Source of the DNA: Spizellomyces punctatus DAOM BR117
Taxonomy: Eukaryota
NCBI GenBank assembly: GCA_000182565.2
Contig: KQ257461.1
Direction: 5' to 3' (one strand)
Length of the DNA stretch: 64,000 bases
Position 1 is the stretch's first letter. Every line of letters starts with the position of its first letter. The notes beneath the pieces are model-generated. The model was given only the letters and a program-made list of their open reading frames with translations. It was not told where the DNA came from and made no database searches. This document shows, in pieces, positions 24,396 to 36,769 of this stretch. Position numbers and translations under genes: made by a program.

Positions 24396-25738
24396 ATGGA
24401 AGGGCAAAAGGGAATGCGTCGGCACACTGCTTCATCGGTTGGTGCCGCGATAGCCCGCGGAGTCGCAGCTGCTGCCCGGCGGTCCATGTCTTTTTCAAGA
24501 CCAAAGTTACACCTCGACACAAAGGGAGCGGCCCAAATCGGCGAGATAGAGCGAAGGAAGCAGGCAGAGGTCCTGAAATCCGCTGGACGATACAAAAAGG
24601 TTGTAGATTGGTGCAAGGTGCAACAGAAATCACCCGATGGCGAGGAAAACAATGTCGTGTGCTCTCCCCTGCAGGCCCTGTGTATTGCGGCCGCTGCGGA
24701 AAGTCAAGCAGAACCGGCCAAAGTATCTCCCACCATCGTTCCTGATATACAGCGTTTGGACCTGCCAACCATATTACGAACGCCAAAGTCCAAAGGATCT
24801 CCAGAGATTCAAACGGCAAAGACTCAAACCCCATCCCTGACAGACCTCCCTACCGAACTGATCTACGCCATCTCCACCCGAGCCGGTTTTTTCGGCGCAC
24901 TACAGCTCATGCGGACCTGCCGAACGATACACACCCTCCTCTCCAATCGATCGGCGTGGACGGATTACATGGACCCCACCGCCTGTTCAGACGTGGTAGA
25001 AAACACATTGACGATCATGACCCGAATAACAACATTTGACCACTTGCTGTTTGGGGTTTGGAGTGGTCCGCCAGAAGAGCAAGGTGGACAAAGAATCAAG
25101 GACCTGCAGGTGTTTTTTGAGCACCGTAGCTTTAATGAGGAATATGACTTTTTGGGAGGTGTCTCAGCAAAGGTTGGAAGGGCTGGGATTGCGGATGTGT
25201 AAGTAACGTAATTGTTCATCCGCAGATGAGAACAGATATTGACAGCTTCATTTCTAGGTCCTTTTTCGATCACCGAGACACACTCTCTTGTTATCAATCT
25301 GATCTTAAACATCGAGTTCAAACAGGCCAAATTCCTCCTTCCATTCCTCCTCCGACACCTACATTACCATCTGCGACGACAGCAACAGCACCGTCAAACG
25401 TTACTTCACCTCTCGTTCCTGTCCCACGAGGTCTGAAAATCCCGCACACCTGCACAACCTGCGCTCACTTTGATACTCAAAATATCCTCAAATCCATTTG
25501 TCTGCTCGATCACACCCACCACCCTTCTGTCAATTCCCTTGAGAGTGCCATATCGTGGGAGTACACCCTTCCTGATGGTCGTCGAAGGATTAAATTCAAA
25601 GTTTTGTCGTATCAAGCACCCATTGGTTTCGTATCTATGAAAGAGTTGCCGATGGTACATGTCAATGAAGTGACAATAAATGGACGAAAATTGAAAGGTT
25701 GGGCCTATGAATTTTTTTCCAAGGTTGTAAATGGATAA
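24396..25738 (+). CDS. F-box protein; 2 exons
   Basis: SLTDLPTELIYAISTRAG...LMRTCRTIHTLL...W motif; in-frame intron 25173-25225. Confidence 0.75.
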
Positions 25739-25922
25739 AGCGTAAAATGTACATAGCTTTGTATTTGGATTTTGTTTAGATTGAGCTTTTAATTTGTAGA
25801 TAGCTTTTGTAAATAGTTTATTGTTTATTACTGAGCTAGTCTGGGCAGTTTACCGCTAGTGTACCTAGAGATTGTTGCTTGTCCGTTTTTTTTTAAGCGA
25901 CCAAGTCCCTTCGTCTACAATA

Positions 25923-27571
25923 CTAATCTTCTGGAACAAGGCTCTCTTCATCTCGCGATGTTTCCTTCAATTTTTTCAAATCTAAAAACCAGTACACTGC
26001 ACTGGCTGCCGCAATGGTGCTTGCGATACCCGCCAAGCCGAGAATGGCAGTAGGCCATCCTTTGGAGTCAGCCAACGCTCCAGACACAAACGGTGAAATG
26101 CATCCTCCTAAATAACCCACTCCCGTCACAAAGGCCGTCATACTTCCAAGGTGCTCCGGGCCGCCGGCCAAGTCCATGACAAAGGCGCCATCGAAAATAA
26201 CTTTAGGTGCAAAAAGGAATACGGCCACCAATCCAATCATGCCGAGGAAAAGTGCCATCTGTTGAGGAGATAGCGTATCATTCCCGTAAACCGACAAAGA
26301 TTCCCCGGCATTGGAAGGCGTGACAGCCCACATGCCCAATAATGCTGCAGCTAAGCCAGTAAGTGATACGAGCGGGATGAGTGCACGGCGATTTTGACGA
26401 GTCTTGTCCAAAAGGATTCCGCCTCCCATTGCCGAGACTGCGCCGAGAGTGGGGAAGATTGCGGAAGCAACAGCAGAGTAACCTGTCGAGAGTTTGATCT
26501 CTGAAGCGATCAGCGCTGACACAAAGCTAGCGAATGATTCCCGAATCTACCATTATTGTACAGCGGGTGAGTAACAGAACACGTATCCATGCAATAAAAA
26601 GTAACATACCAAAACGACGCCCAAGAGCTCAAAGGAAAGTAACCAAACTCTAGTATTCTTCAAAAAGGGCCTCAGACCTCCTCCAGATCCTTCAGTATAC
26701 ACTGAGCGGTCTCTCATAGCCTCACGAGCAGCCTGATTTTGTTCTTGCGGACCATCAAAGCCTTTAGTCTGGGGAGAAGCGGGCACGAAACATGAGGGTA
26801 TCAACATGACAGCAGCAATCGCCGCTGATATATAAAACATTTGATTCCAAGACACTCCGGCAACTAGAGTCAATCCCAACGTCACTCGAACAACGGCATC
26901 ACCGGCGGTCTCAGCCAAGGAGGCGACAGCGACGGCATGGGCTGCTCGACTCGGTTCGTACCATCCTCTGACGGTCTTGACACAGGCACCCCAACCGACA
27001 CTAGAGCACAACTGGTTCAACCCACGCAAAATCGCGAACCACACCGGGTGGAGTTTGAATGTAAAAAGAACGGTCGTGACGATCGAGCCAATAAGACCGG
27101 CAAGCAGGGTCGCTTTCCCACCAAACTTGTCAATCAAGTAACCGCTCATGAATCTGCAAAAACAATCCCAATATTCAGTATTTGTTTCTCAAAAGTAAAA
27201 CGTAAATACAAAATACGTACTTTCCAATTAAATAAAGGACATAACCAGATGCCAAAATACTACTAATATCCGTCCTCGTGACCCCTTCCTTTTTTTCAAG
27301 ATCTGGAATAGCAAGCGGTAGATTGGTTTTACAAAAGTAATAACCCTATATATACAAAACAAAATGTAAGTAGATCAATCGAGTTTTCATCACACTTCGC
27401 AAAGGAGCACTTTACCGTGTATGCGACCACCAGGAGCGTCAACATTAGTCTTTGCCATCGTTTATAGTCTGGCGAATCCTGCGATACCTTGTTTTCTTGG
27501 TTACCCTGTCTCCCATTTGCACCTCTAATGAGAGGTGTACGTTCGTGAGGTCTACGGTGGTGATGCTCCAT
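25923..27571 (-). CDS. MFS transporter, organophosphate:Pi antiporter (GlpT/UhpC/SLC37-like)
   Basis: YKRWQRLMLTLLVVAYT, MFS motif A SGYLIDKFGGK, and GWGACVKTVRGWY; about 12 TM segments; N-terminal ERTPLI dileucine-type signal. Confidence 0.8.
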
Positions 27572-28368
27572 TTGGGTAGTTTGCCTGCGAGGTACACGCC
27601 TTTTGAGAGGAGAATGGTCAAAGAGGACTTGCTTTTGAGGACCCGTTGACCGACATGTTCCAAGGATATTGGAAGAGCGAGTTAAGCGCGTAGATCTGAC
27701 GTCACACGACTTTTAACATTCGCAGTTTCGGTCTCAACCTTATTTCAACCGTTGTCGTTCATTTGAATTTTGCTTAATTGCGATCCTCATTAGATGGGTC
27801 AAGAGCTCGTCTTCCAACCCTGAATGGACACTGACTGTGCGGTGACCACTACGACAGGAAGCGCTGTGGCAAACCTGTTAGCGATCATTTAATTTCCTGA
27901 GGATTAGGTAGAGCTTAGCATCGTAGTATGCATTCATTACTTCCGCGAGTGATGCAAGAAAAAATAACAAAAACCAATAAAATTGGAAAGGATTCCAAAA
28001 ATGAGGAACAAGGTAAGGTTAATTATGCACCATTCCTATTTTTCTCGCTAGGTTGAATAGACAAAGAAGACTGAACGTTAATCAGAGTTCCCTGGCCAAG
28101 TTTGGGGATCAACTCGGAAGATATTACACCGCTGGACATTAGAACCGCCATGATTCTGACGTTGTCATGTTCAGTTAACGACCAAACGGAACTGCTGCTT
28201 GCCAATCATCCTGATCACATTTATGTTTTTGGGTTCGCATGCGTCGATCCACCTGGTTATTTTGCAAATTCCACAAAAAAAATTGATAGCAGCAACAACA
28301 GACCGTCATCACCCTAACCCATATCTGTTCAATAAATAAAATACAATCGTCATAGCATAGCCCTAGAT

Positions 28369-29777
28369 TCACGGCTCCACAATCTCATCCGCATCTTCCA
28401 CAACCGGACGACGACATGCGTGAAGAGGAGGTGGGGAGACAACGTCATTGAATAGGAACGTTCTACCGAGTAAGAACAAATTAGAACCCGGTCCTGTGTT
28501 TCCATTGGAACCCATTTCATTTTGAATACCTACCCATAGATGAGGATAACGAAACCGACAACCTGCAACCATCGAAAATTCTCCCAGCCCAATCCAAGAC
28601 TGATCATCCAGATGAAGAGTGTCCTAGAATATGCCGTTCAGAGCCAGGGACGTAGATCGAGGGAAAAACACTGCCTTAGTGTATATTGCACTCACCGGCA
28701 CGTATCAATCGTCGACCTTGATGTAGCACTAATACTTCTCGTCACTGACAACCCAAACCAATTGAAAAACGCAATAGAAAAGATGATACCGATCCCAGCG
28801 TACAGGATCTGGGCATGACTAAAGAGTTGATGGAATCCAACGGGCAGGTCAAAAAAGTTGCCAGTTCCCACCCCAAAGGCGTAGTAGAGGACGGGCATCC
28901 CCAGACCAACTGAAACCAATCCGAAAAGTCCTTCTAGTCCTACGGCTTTGATAGCAGGGAGTTCATACCGCCCCATAATCTTTTCTTCAATGACAAACTG
29001 CAGGGCTGTAAAGGTTTGGGCGAGAACCACGAGAAGGACCCCAGTGAAAGAAGATTTGACAGGACCCTTGTTAGGATCTGGCTTCTCAATGATACTGCTG
29101 AGTCCCACGACGGCGACACCCAAAAACACCATAATCAGGGCAAACCATCTATACAGAGGGTGCTTGCGGCCGAGAAAGTATACAGAGAGCGTACCAGTGA
29201 ACAGTACAACAGAGCCGCGGAGCATTTGATAGATGGAAGCAGACACGTGGATAAGACCGACATTCATCAGCGTCGTCGCAGTCATATCGCAGAGGGTAGG
29301 CAGCCACAAAAGAAGATTCTTGGTGCCTGTGAGAGGAGGAATGCTTGATCCGGCAATCAGTGGAGTTGATTCCGTGCTGGATCGGTTCGGGGATGTTGCT
29401 GTATCAGCCTGGACTGACGTTGGATCTTCGGGGTGGATCGCAACTGGTTGATAGTCACCCGACGATGAGGATCGCCGAGATTCCAAGTACACGCCGATAT
29501 AGTAGACCAGTAAACAGAGAGCTTCGCCCACAAACATATTCAACGTCTAACAAGGTCAAGCAATCATGAATCACTGGGTCATATACTATTTTTAACTTTA
29601 TTTTTCCTCAACTCTGCTCACCTGCCATAAAGGTTGCTCGAAATATTCTCTGCGGGACGTATCAGGATCCTCGCAATTCTCGACACATGTCATATCCTGC
29701 AGTTTGTTCAATATAGTGTTGACCGTGCCCGTAAAGAGCATTCCCAGCACAAGGACCAGAACGAATATTCCCTTCAT
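28369..29777 (-). CDS. SLC35F6-like DMT/nucleotide-sugar transporter
   Basis: MLFTGTVNTILNKLQD, FEQPLWQ|TLNMFVGE, PTLCDMTATTLMNVGL, SIYQMLRGSVVLF, AVGLEGLFG, SATSRSTIDTCR. Confidence 0.88.
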
Positions 29778-30158
29778 TTTGGAAGTTTTCAACGGTCTTC
29801 TCCGGGGATACAAGTTTACAGATAGCCGTATGCTATGGGACTCGGTCTAGAGAAACCCGGAGATGGAAGAGATCTGGCGAAATTCTCAGCCTGGAAAAGC
29901 GATAAGGGCCGCCAGGTCAATAACGAGTCATGTGAATAAATGAGGGTTCGAATCCCGCTGGAGACTCCCCATGACACAAATTGATAGTGTATTGGCAAAA
30001 ACAAATGTCAGTGCCGCGCACACCAGAGAATGAACCGGCGACAACCGGTTCGGAAAAGCTAACTAGCTAACTAACCTCCTTACAAGTAACAAACTACCAC
30101 TAGGCCCAATTACACATGCAATACATTACGGTTGTTCTAACCAGGTAACTAGCGCCCA

Positions 30159-30377
30159 TCACCACGAGAGAAATCCTACTTGATTCCGAAATTCTTAGTC
30201 AGAGGATGTTTCAGATACTAGTAAAGTCAGAATTAGACTGGGAATACGGCGTGGGAAAATACAAAGATAATGCATACCTGCGATCGTAGCAATATAGTAG
30301 TAGCAGCGTTTGCAAGGGGCTATATTGTTGTTGTAGTCAGGTGGGCGAGGTCCTTGGCACCAGAGCGGCATTCTCAT
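30159..30377 (-). CDS. Putative spliced 38-aa microprotein MRMPLWCQGPRPPDYNNNIAPCKRCYYYIATIAGFLSW
   Basis: TATATAAA at 30473-30480 (minus), CCACC-ATG start, CAG|GTATGC donor at 30277, GACTAAG branch, TAG acceptor at 30176, TGA at 30159-30161. Confidence 0.55.
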
Positions 30378-30472
30378 GGTGGACTTGAGAGTTGAGCGTT
30401 GGGCAGATGCTTTGAGAGTCGAGGGTAAAGAACAAGATGGGGGGGCAGATGAGGGGGCGGGGGGGGGGGGGG

Positions 30473-30480
30473 TTTATATA
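30473..30480 (-). promoter_or_regulatory. TATA box of the microprotein gene
   Basis: TATATAAA about 95 nt upstream of the ATG at 30377. Confidence 0.55.
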
Positions 30481-30779
30481 GAAAAAAGAGTGGATAGATT
30501 GAGTCATCGTGCATCATGCAGGTGGCAACTGCAGAATATTCCTCTCATAGATATCCGCAAAGAGATAGTAATTGCAAACCGTTCATTGCTGCAGGTATTG
30601 GACCCGTTTTTCATGATGGAGCATCTTTTGTGCATCGAACCATAGTTTATTTGCCTAAATCGAGGGAGGCATCTTGCATTTCATCTCATTCGATCCACAC
30701 AAATTGATATGACGTGGGTCAATTTCACACAACTTGCCCACATTTCACTTTGTCAATCTTTCTTCCACATCTGATCGTG

Positions 30780-31938
30780 ATGCAGAACATCAAAGCTCGG
30801 AGTGGTCAGCGGGAAACCCGCACCAAAGCGACATTTGCAGCTACAAAGAAGACGGGCGCGGGTCCAGAGGAAGACACTCCTACGGTCCGTCAACGCCTCT
30901 CAGAGGCCAGGAAAACGGGCGTGCTGGACCTGCGAGGACTGAACCTTGGAAACATCCCGGTGGACGCTGAAAAGTTGCAGAACCTCTCTGCATTGCTGCT
31001 GTAGGTACAGCCTTTTGGGCTTTAACAAAGAGTTTGACTGACTAGTTGGCTGTCGTTACAGTGGGGAAAACCGCCTTACGTCCATTCCTGCGGACCTCCC
31101 ATCCATCTTCCCGCGTCTTACCTACTTGGACCTTTCATTCAACAAGATTCAGAGCGTACCGAATGTGCTAGTCGACTTGCAAGATTTGGAAGTTTTGGAT
31201 TTGGAAGGCAACCAGGACATCCCATCACAACTTCCGACCGCGTTTCGTCCGCTGGTCGAGAAGGGGAAGCTAGCGGTGCTTCGTGGTGAGCCGGACTTTT
31301 CGCCCTCGGACGTGCTAAATGAGGAGAGCTTTGCTGCAGAAAGTGAGGTAGAAGAGGTACAAGAGGAAGGAAAACCCGAGCCAGCTTGGCGGAAAGACTA
31401 CTATGACACCGATGATGAGGCAGACCATGAAGAAGGTGGCTACGAGGATGATATTGAAGACCAGGACTCTCTTGATAATAAAGATACCCGATCGGTAACC
31501 TCCATTGACTCAAATCTATCAGATGGTTTATCTACGGATAATCTCCGGGTAGAATTCAAGCTTTTTATTCACCGTGTTGAGGACCTTGAAGAAGGGGACA
31601 CGCTCGAGGCTAGGTTCCGTCGACGATGGGGCACTGGAGATCCAGTATTTGTGCGCTACATATCAAAACGGTATAGGGCAGAAGCCGGAAAGCCGGCCAC
31701 GCATGGTTTGGCTGGAGGTCGAAGGAAGGATAGGAAGAATCGCGAAGGAGAGTCTAGAGATAGCGAGGTAGATGATGATCATGATCGTGGTAGTGCTAGT
31801 GAGGAGGAGGAACGACCATTGAAAGGCAGAAATGCAAAGAGACAAGTCGAGTATGCCCGCAAAGAAAAGGAGAGGTCCGTCAAGCAGGGTGTCAAGGCTG
31901 GGAGGAAGACGAAGCAATCGATGATGGAGGTCGAATAG
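30780..31938 (+). CDS. Leucine-rich repeat protein with acidic/basic low-complexity tail; 2 exons
   Basis: LDLRGLNLGNIP, LLL|GENRLTSIP, LDLSFNKIQSVP and LDLEGN repeats. Confidence 0.8.
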
Positions 31939-32396
31939 AATGTAACATTCCCAACTGCGATTCATCATGTATTTCATCTATTGGTAGACTTGCTCATTGA
32001 CATTGTAATTTTGACCTTGCAATCACTAGTCCTTTTTGTCTGCCTCAAACTGCTGAGTTACCAATTGGGAACAATCATTCAAGAAATCACAGACTTCCAT
32101 TGTTTCCAGTGATTTGGACTTGGGCGGATTTGGTATTCACCACGTCAATCGTTGAGACGACGTTCTCGACTAGGAGAACCAATCTTTTCTTCTTTTCAAA
32201 AATTGTCAATAATAGGACTTACCGATCGTAACGGCATTGACCTTGCCCTTGATTTGGATCGGACAGTTTTGGCAATTGAAAATATAAACAACATGCCTCA
32301 ATTCCGGTTGATATATTATAGGGGGACGGTGGTTGTGGTACGCATCAGAGCATTCTATTCAAGTGTTACAAGACAAAAGAACTCGCCGGTGAAATA

Positions 32397-34083
32397 TCAG
32401 AGCAATGCAACAGCCCTGACTTTACCCTCAGTATTGCTAACGCCCGTTGTTGATGCTGGTATCTCGCTGGAAGTCGGTGAGTGTACGCTTCCACGTGCAG
32501 CGGCCTTGGCTGTATCACTACGGAGAGGTGTCTTCGCTTCCAAATCCTCAGAGCGAAGAAGAAGTTGCTTCGTAAACCAGAACATTGCGTTTTGGAAGAG
32601 GCCTTCTGGAACGGGAATTTGTGATGCGGTCTCTGGATCCACTATGGTCGGGTGAACATGCTGCATGGACATCCTATGCGATGTACCAGGACTGGTCGGA
32701 CTTGTCGGACTTGTCATGGCAGTCGTCGACTGCGTTTCCAGACACATGTATTTTAGATAGTGAGCTTGCACCAAGTGCTTGCGAAGGGCCTCCCGGGCGT
32801 GCCCAACGGTCGGGTCCAAAAGAAGAAAAATGGTAGAGTTCATTGTGCCCTGTGTGATTCAAAGGTGTTCATTAGAATTTTTTAATGATTGATGACCGTG
32901 TGTGGGCAACAGTTACCTGCAATGCGGCAAAAATGCATGCCAAGTAAGTAATCCAGACCGAAGTAAATGTCTCATAGCTCCCCCCGAGATGCAAATAAAC
33001 ATCCAAAATGATGTTCCACGATTGGGCAAGCAAGGGTACAACGCAGTACCAACTGATACGGGAAACAGCTTTGTTCACGAGCTGTTCCTTCTTGCGTGCT
33101 TTATTGTTTTTTTTAGCACTGGCGGCTGTGGATCCGACGCGGTTGGGTATGTCGCGCAACTGCTTTTGATTCTGGTACAGCACGTACCAAAAGAGAAAAG
33201 TAGCGATGGAGCATAGGATACAAACTAAGGTAATCCAGCCGTACAAGAACCCCCTGTTCATTGAATCAACGATATGAGATTTGTGTGCGATAACATTCAT
33301 ATTAGAACGGAACTTACCATTGAGGACCAATCCCGTTCAATAAATCATCGGGCGGTCCCCTAAACCAGCACTCATCACCGTTGTAACCTAATCTTTTTGT
33401 AGCTACGGCAATGATCGGTAGCAAGATGGCGACGGACGCTGATGCAATGTAATACATTCTTTCGTAAATAGGAGTTACGCCGAATTTGATAACAAACACC
33501 TATTGGAGCACATAATAGAAAGCAGATATCAGCCAAGTAAATTTACCACTCTACACTGCACAAACCTACCAAGAATATATTCAGTGCTATCGCCGCAGAC
33601 ATAAAGACCGATGCTAAATTGCCGGCAACGATAAAGTACATCACCGTGGTACACTCAGGAGTGTCGGCGTATGTGACATAATTCAAGCCCATCCATGCAC
33701 ATTCATATACTATATCTGCGATCGCGATAAATGACACCAAACGAAGCGACACGCGATTTGACTAGGTTCACAAATGAATGTAAATGCTTTTGTTACAGTT
33801 TTAATTTCTTGCGCGGTGCTTACCAGGGTTGGGAGGTAGTAGCGCATTAGAGTAAAGACTAGAAGGGTTGCAAGGGACATTGCGATTGAAAACGTCGCCT
33901 AGTGCCACATTAGCCTCTGTAAAATCAACTTAAAGGAAGGTAATTACTCACTAATGTCGTGGAGACAGTCGTCAACTTGTCCCATTCGCTCGCATATGGA
34001 TCAACCCAAGTGAAATCATCTCCTTCATAGCCACCATCTCCTCCAGTGCCGTCAGTAATGTTGGTATCAATACCGTCGTTCAT
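32397..34083 (-). CDS. cAMP-receptor-like/Git3-type GPCR
   Basis: RVSLRLVSFIAIAD, CTT...ASVFMSAAIALN, GYNGDECWF, RISWYCVVPLLAQ and ALQ...MNSTIFLLDP; the 3' end is approximate. Confidence 0.8.
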
Positions 34084-35000
34084 TCTTTGCCAGGCACTAG
34101 ACAACCAAAGCCACCAGACGAGGCAATTTTTATGAAGAGTTTTTATATGTTGAACTAACTATTACATTAGACGGAGGTAAGTGGCGAAGTGGAAAACAAT
34201 ACCTCCGACCAAATAATGCGTTGATGTCCGGAGATGGGATACGGCGTGGAAAAATAAGGGCATGTGAAATATGCTTAATGTGAGCATATGCAAACCTTAA
34301 GAATAGTTACAAGAATAATTCGTGTCCCCCATTAGCAAAACAAATCAAAGAATAGATCGCATTGTCGAAAGCTCTGGAATTAACCAAACTCCGTGGACTT
34401 TTTTTTTTTACCATGAGGGCGCCGCAAGAACAACCATAACATTGTTTGTCAGCTCACAAATAAAAAAGCTAAACTTCCGCGCGGCATTGGTTCAACTTGC
34501 GGGTTTTATCCCCTGCTGAGTGCAATCAGATCGGGATCTGCATAGCGCACAGTAAAGCCACCATAAGTCGAACAGCGATGCTAGATTGCAAAATCCCGAC
34601 GTCAATTTCTATAAGGAAGCGGCCTTTGATGGAGAGCCTTGCAAACGCCAGGCCAGGCTGAAATGCGGAGAGTGACTCCAGCTTTGGCGATTATTTGGAC
34701 AGATACGTGATTGCCCTGATCTGGAGTTCCTTTATGCAATATTCTTCAATTCAATGGCAAGATGACATTCGTCCAGCTGGTGAAGGAGATTGATGAACAG
34801 TACACAGACTATATTAAACACACGTTGTGCACCAGCTTTCTCCTTTACACTTTGTCGCGCTTTGTAATCGTGCCTGTGTTGAAACTTTGGTACACATTAA
34901 AGATCTACTGATTACATGATCTAGTTGGGGCCGTACTGAGCATGTAAGCTGAGTTACAGCACAGATCCAATGGTGGGAGGTAATAATTGTATTTCCCAGT

Positions 35001-35377
35001 TTACAGGATCTTATTCCAACCCCACTTTTTGCCAATGAAATCCCATGATTCGTCGTTGCCTACCGAGGACTCTACACCAATTGAGTTTAACGTCCTATTA
35101 ATACACCACCAGAACTGATATGCTGAGTTGTCGTCGTTAACGGGGATGTCCACCAAAAAATATGCTTCGAGGGGAGACTTGACATTTCGTATGAATGCTG
35201 CTTTCAAGCCGTAGCGCCTCAGTTCGTCCTGCTCTAGAAAAAATCAGATTCCTGACTGCCAGCCAAAGAATCAACATAAGTCATATCTTGATGTGATGTA
35301 CATGTTTGTTTACCATCTCGTTCACCGTCTGGATTGAAGGGCGCTTCTACGTCATGAGCTTTGGAATCAAAGGACAT
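35001..35377 (-). CDS. Small uncharacterised 98-aa protein; 2 exons
   Basis: Exon 35377-35314 and exon 35233-35001 join in frame (297 nt) across a GTAAAC...CTAG intron. Confidence 0.4.
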
Positions 35378-35740
35378 TGGCAGCAAAAGGGGTAGATGTG
35401 CAGCAGGTGAAAGTGGGAGTCGCACTCGCAGATCACATGTCACTCACATGGCAAATAAACATTCACATTGGAACCACACTTCTTTCTACCAGGTTTGATT
35501 TAAACAAATTCCCGCCGCATCTCGCACCAACGAATGTTTATATTTTCTGCCCCGCATCATCCGCTGGCAATGGGAATGGGAATGCCAGGACAAAGAGTTT
35601 ATTTATGTGACATGGTTATAAAAAACTTAATATATGTATAAAATGTATGTAATGTACGTCCACGGTTGGCCCATCGTAGTAGAAGCCCATTCTCCACATT
35701 TCTACCCATCGTAACATTGTTAAAGCACCTTCCCACACCG

Positions 35741-36172
35741 TTATCGGCAAATCGCTCTCACTCGAGTCCTCAGATTTCTCCATCGCTGTGTTCTTCCATG
35801 CCCAGTGATTTTCTCTGCCCGAGAATCTGCCGATGGACTCGTTTCAGGCTCACTGTATGGTGGAGGCGGGATATCAGCCAGATCATACGCAGGTAGCTCG
35901 TCTTCATCTGTTATTTGTTCGACCGTGTCTGCGTCTTGATACCGTCTATCACTGTCTTGCGGTTTCCATCCAAAAATCTTTCCGACAGCCTTTTGTATTC
36001 GTCGACGCTTGGAGTTTGGGTTTGAGATTGTCTGCGAATTTCCGAGGCTAGTTGGCAATCGAAACAGACGAGAGTCCAATACACCATATCCGATGGCTTC
36101 ATACACGGACATCCCACCAAGTGACGTGCATATCCCCGAACGTTGGAGGTAAAAGGAATCCGCTGTGAGCAT
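35741..36172 (-). CDS. Uncharacterised protein with LPAY and PPPY motifs; intronless
   Basis: About 143-aa ORF from MLTADSF; contains DELPAYDLADIPPPPYSE. Confidence 0.5.
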   Translation of the reverse strand: MLTADSFYLQRSGICTSLGGMSVYEAIGYGVLDSRLFRLPTSLGNSQTISNPNSKRRRIQKAVGKIFGWKPQDSDRRYQDADTVEQITDEDELPAYDLADIPPPPYSEPETSPSADSRAEKITGHGRTQRWRNLRTRVRAICR

Positions 36173-36769
36173 CGTAGTCAGAGTGTGGTCAAAAAAAAAA
36201 GTAATGAGTGCGAGGGGGAACAAATCAGGCCTTGTTAAATACACTGGTCCTGTGGATCTTTGACCAGATATGCTCCGCAAACGGAGGGTATCGGAGCACT
36301 GCCCTTTTTGGGTTCTAGAAGTGTTTGCTCAGCCTGTCAGCAGCCGCAAAATTTAATTATTCCACGAATAATCAGCCCAACGCCCCAAAGGAGCCAAAAA
36401 TTAAACGCCGATCTCAGACGACCATCAACTGCCAATCACAGGGCAAAAGACCTGGACATAGCAGAGATCTGCATTAAACCCGGAAGCACATGGGATATCC
36501 ACCTAGTGGTCGCTCGTATTTGCCTCCAAGAACAAAAACATTAAACATGCTATTTGCACAGGTTTATTTTTTCTCATGCGTCGCCCTGTTTTTGAAAGTG
36601 GATTTTATGGGCGATTCTCACTCTATACCTATACAATTGTGAGACCATGACATGACTACCCTTTCCCGAAAAGAAAAATAAATACAGAAACAAGGGCATC
36701 ACAACAGCAATGCCATCGCACATCTAATGCTGAACATGGCAACTTTTTGCTGTGACTAGAATGTCCAGC

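Noticed and set aside
25199-25225. 27-nt ultra-short intron in the F-box gene
   Set aside because: It gives a frameshift; the upstream donor at 25173 gives a normal in-frame 53-nt intron.
29820-29971. Complete tRNA gene
   Set aside because: Only the T-arm and an acceptor-like 3' strand are present; there is no matching 5' strand, D-arm or anticodon arm.
30126-30161. Selenocysteine reading of the microprotein TGA
   Set aside because: I could not see a SECIS-like hairpin (AUGA...AA...GA) downstream, and the TGA is not in a redox motif.
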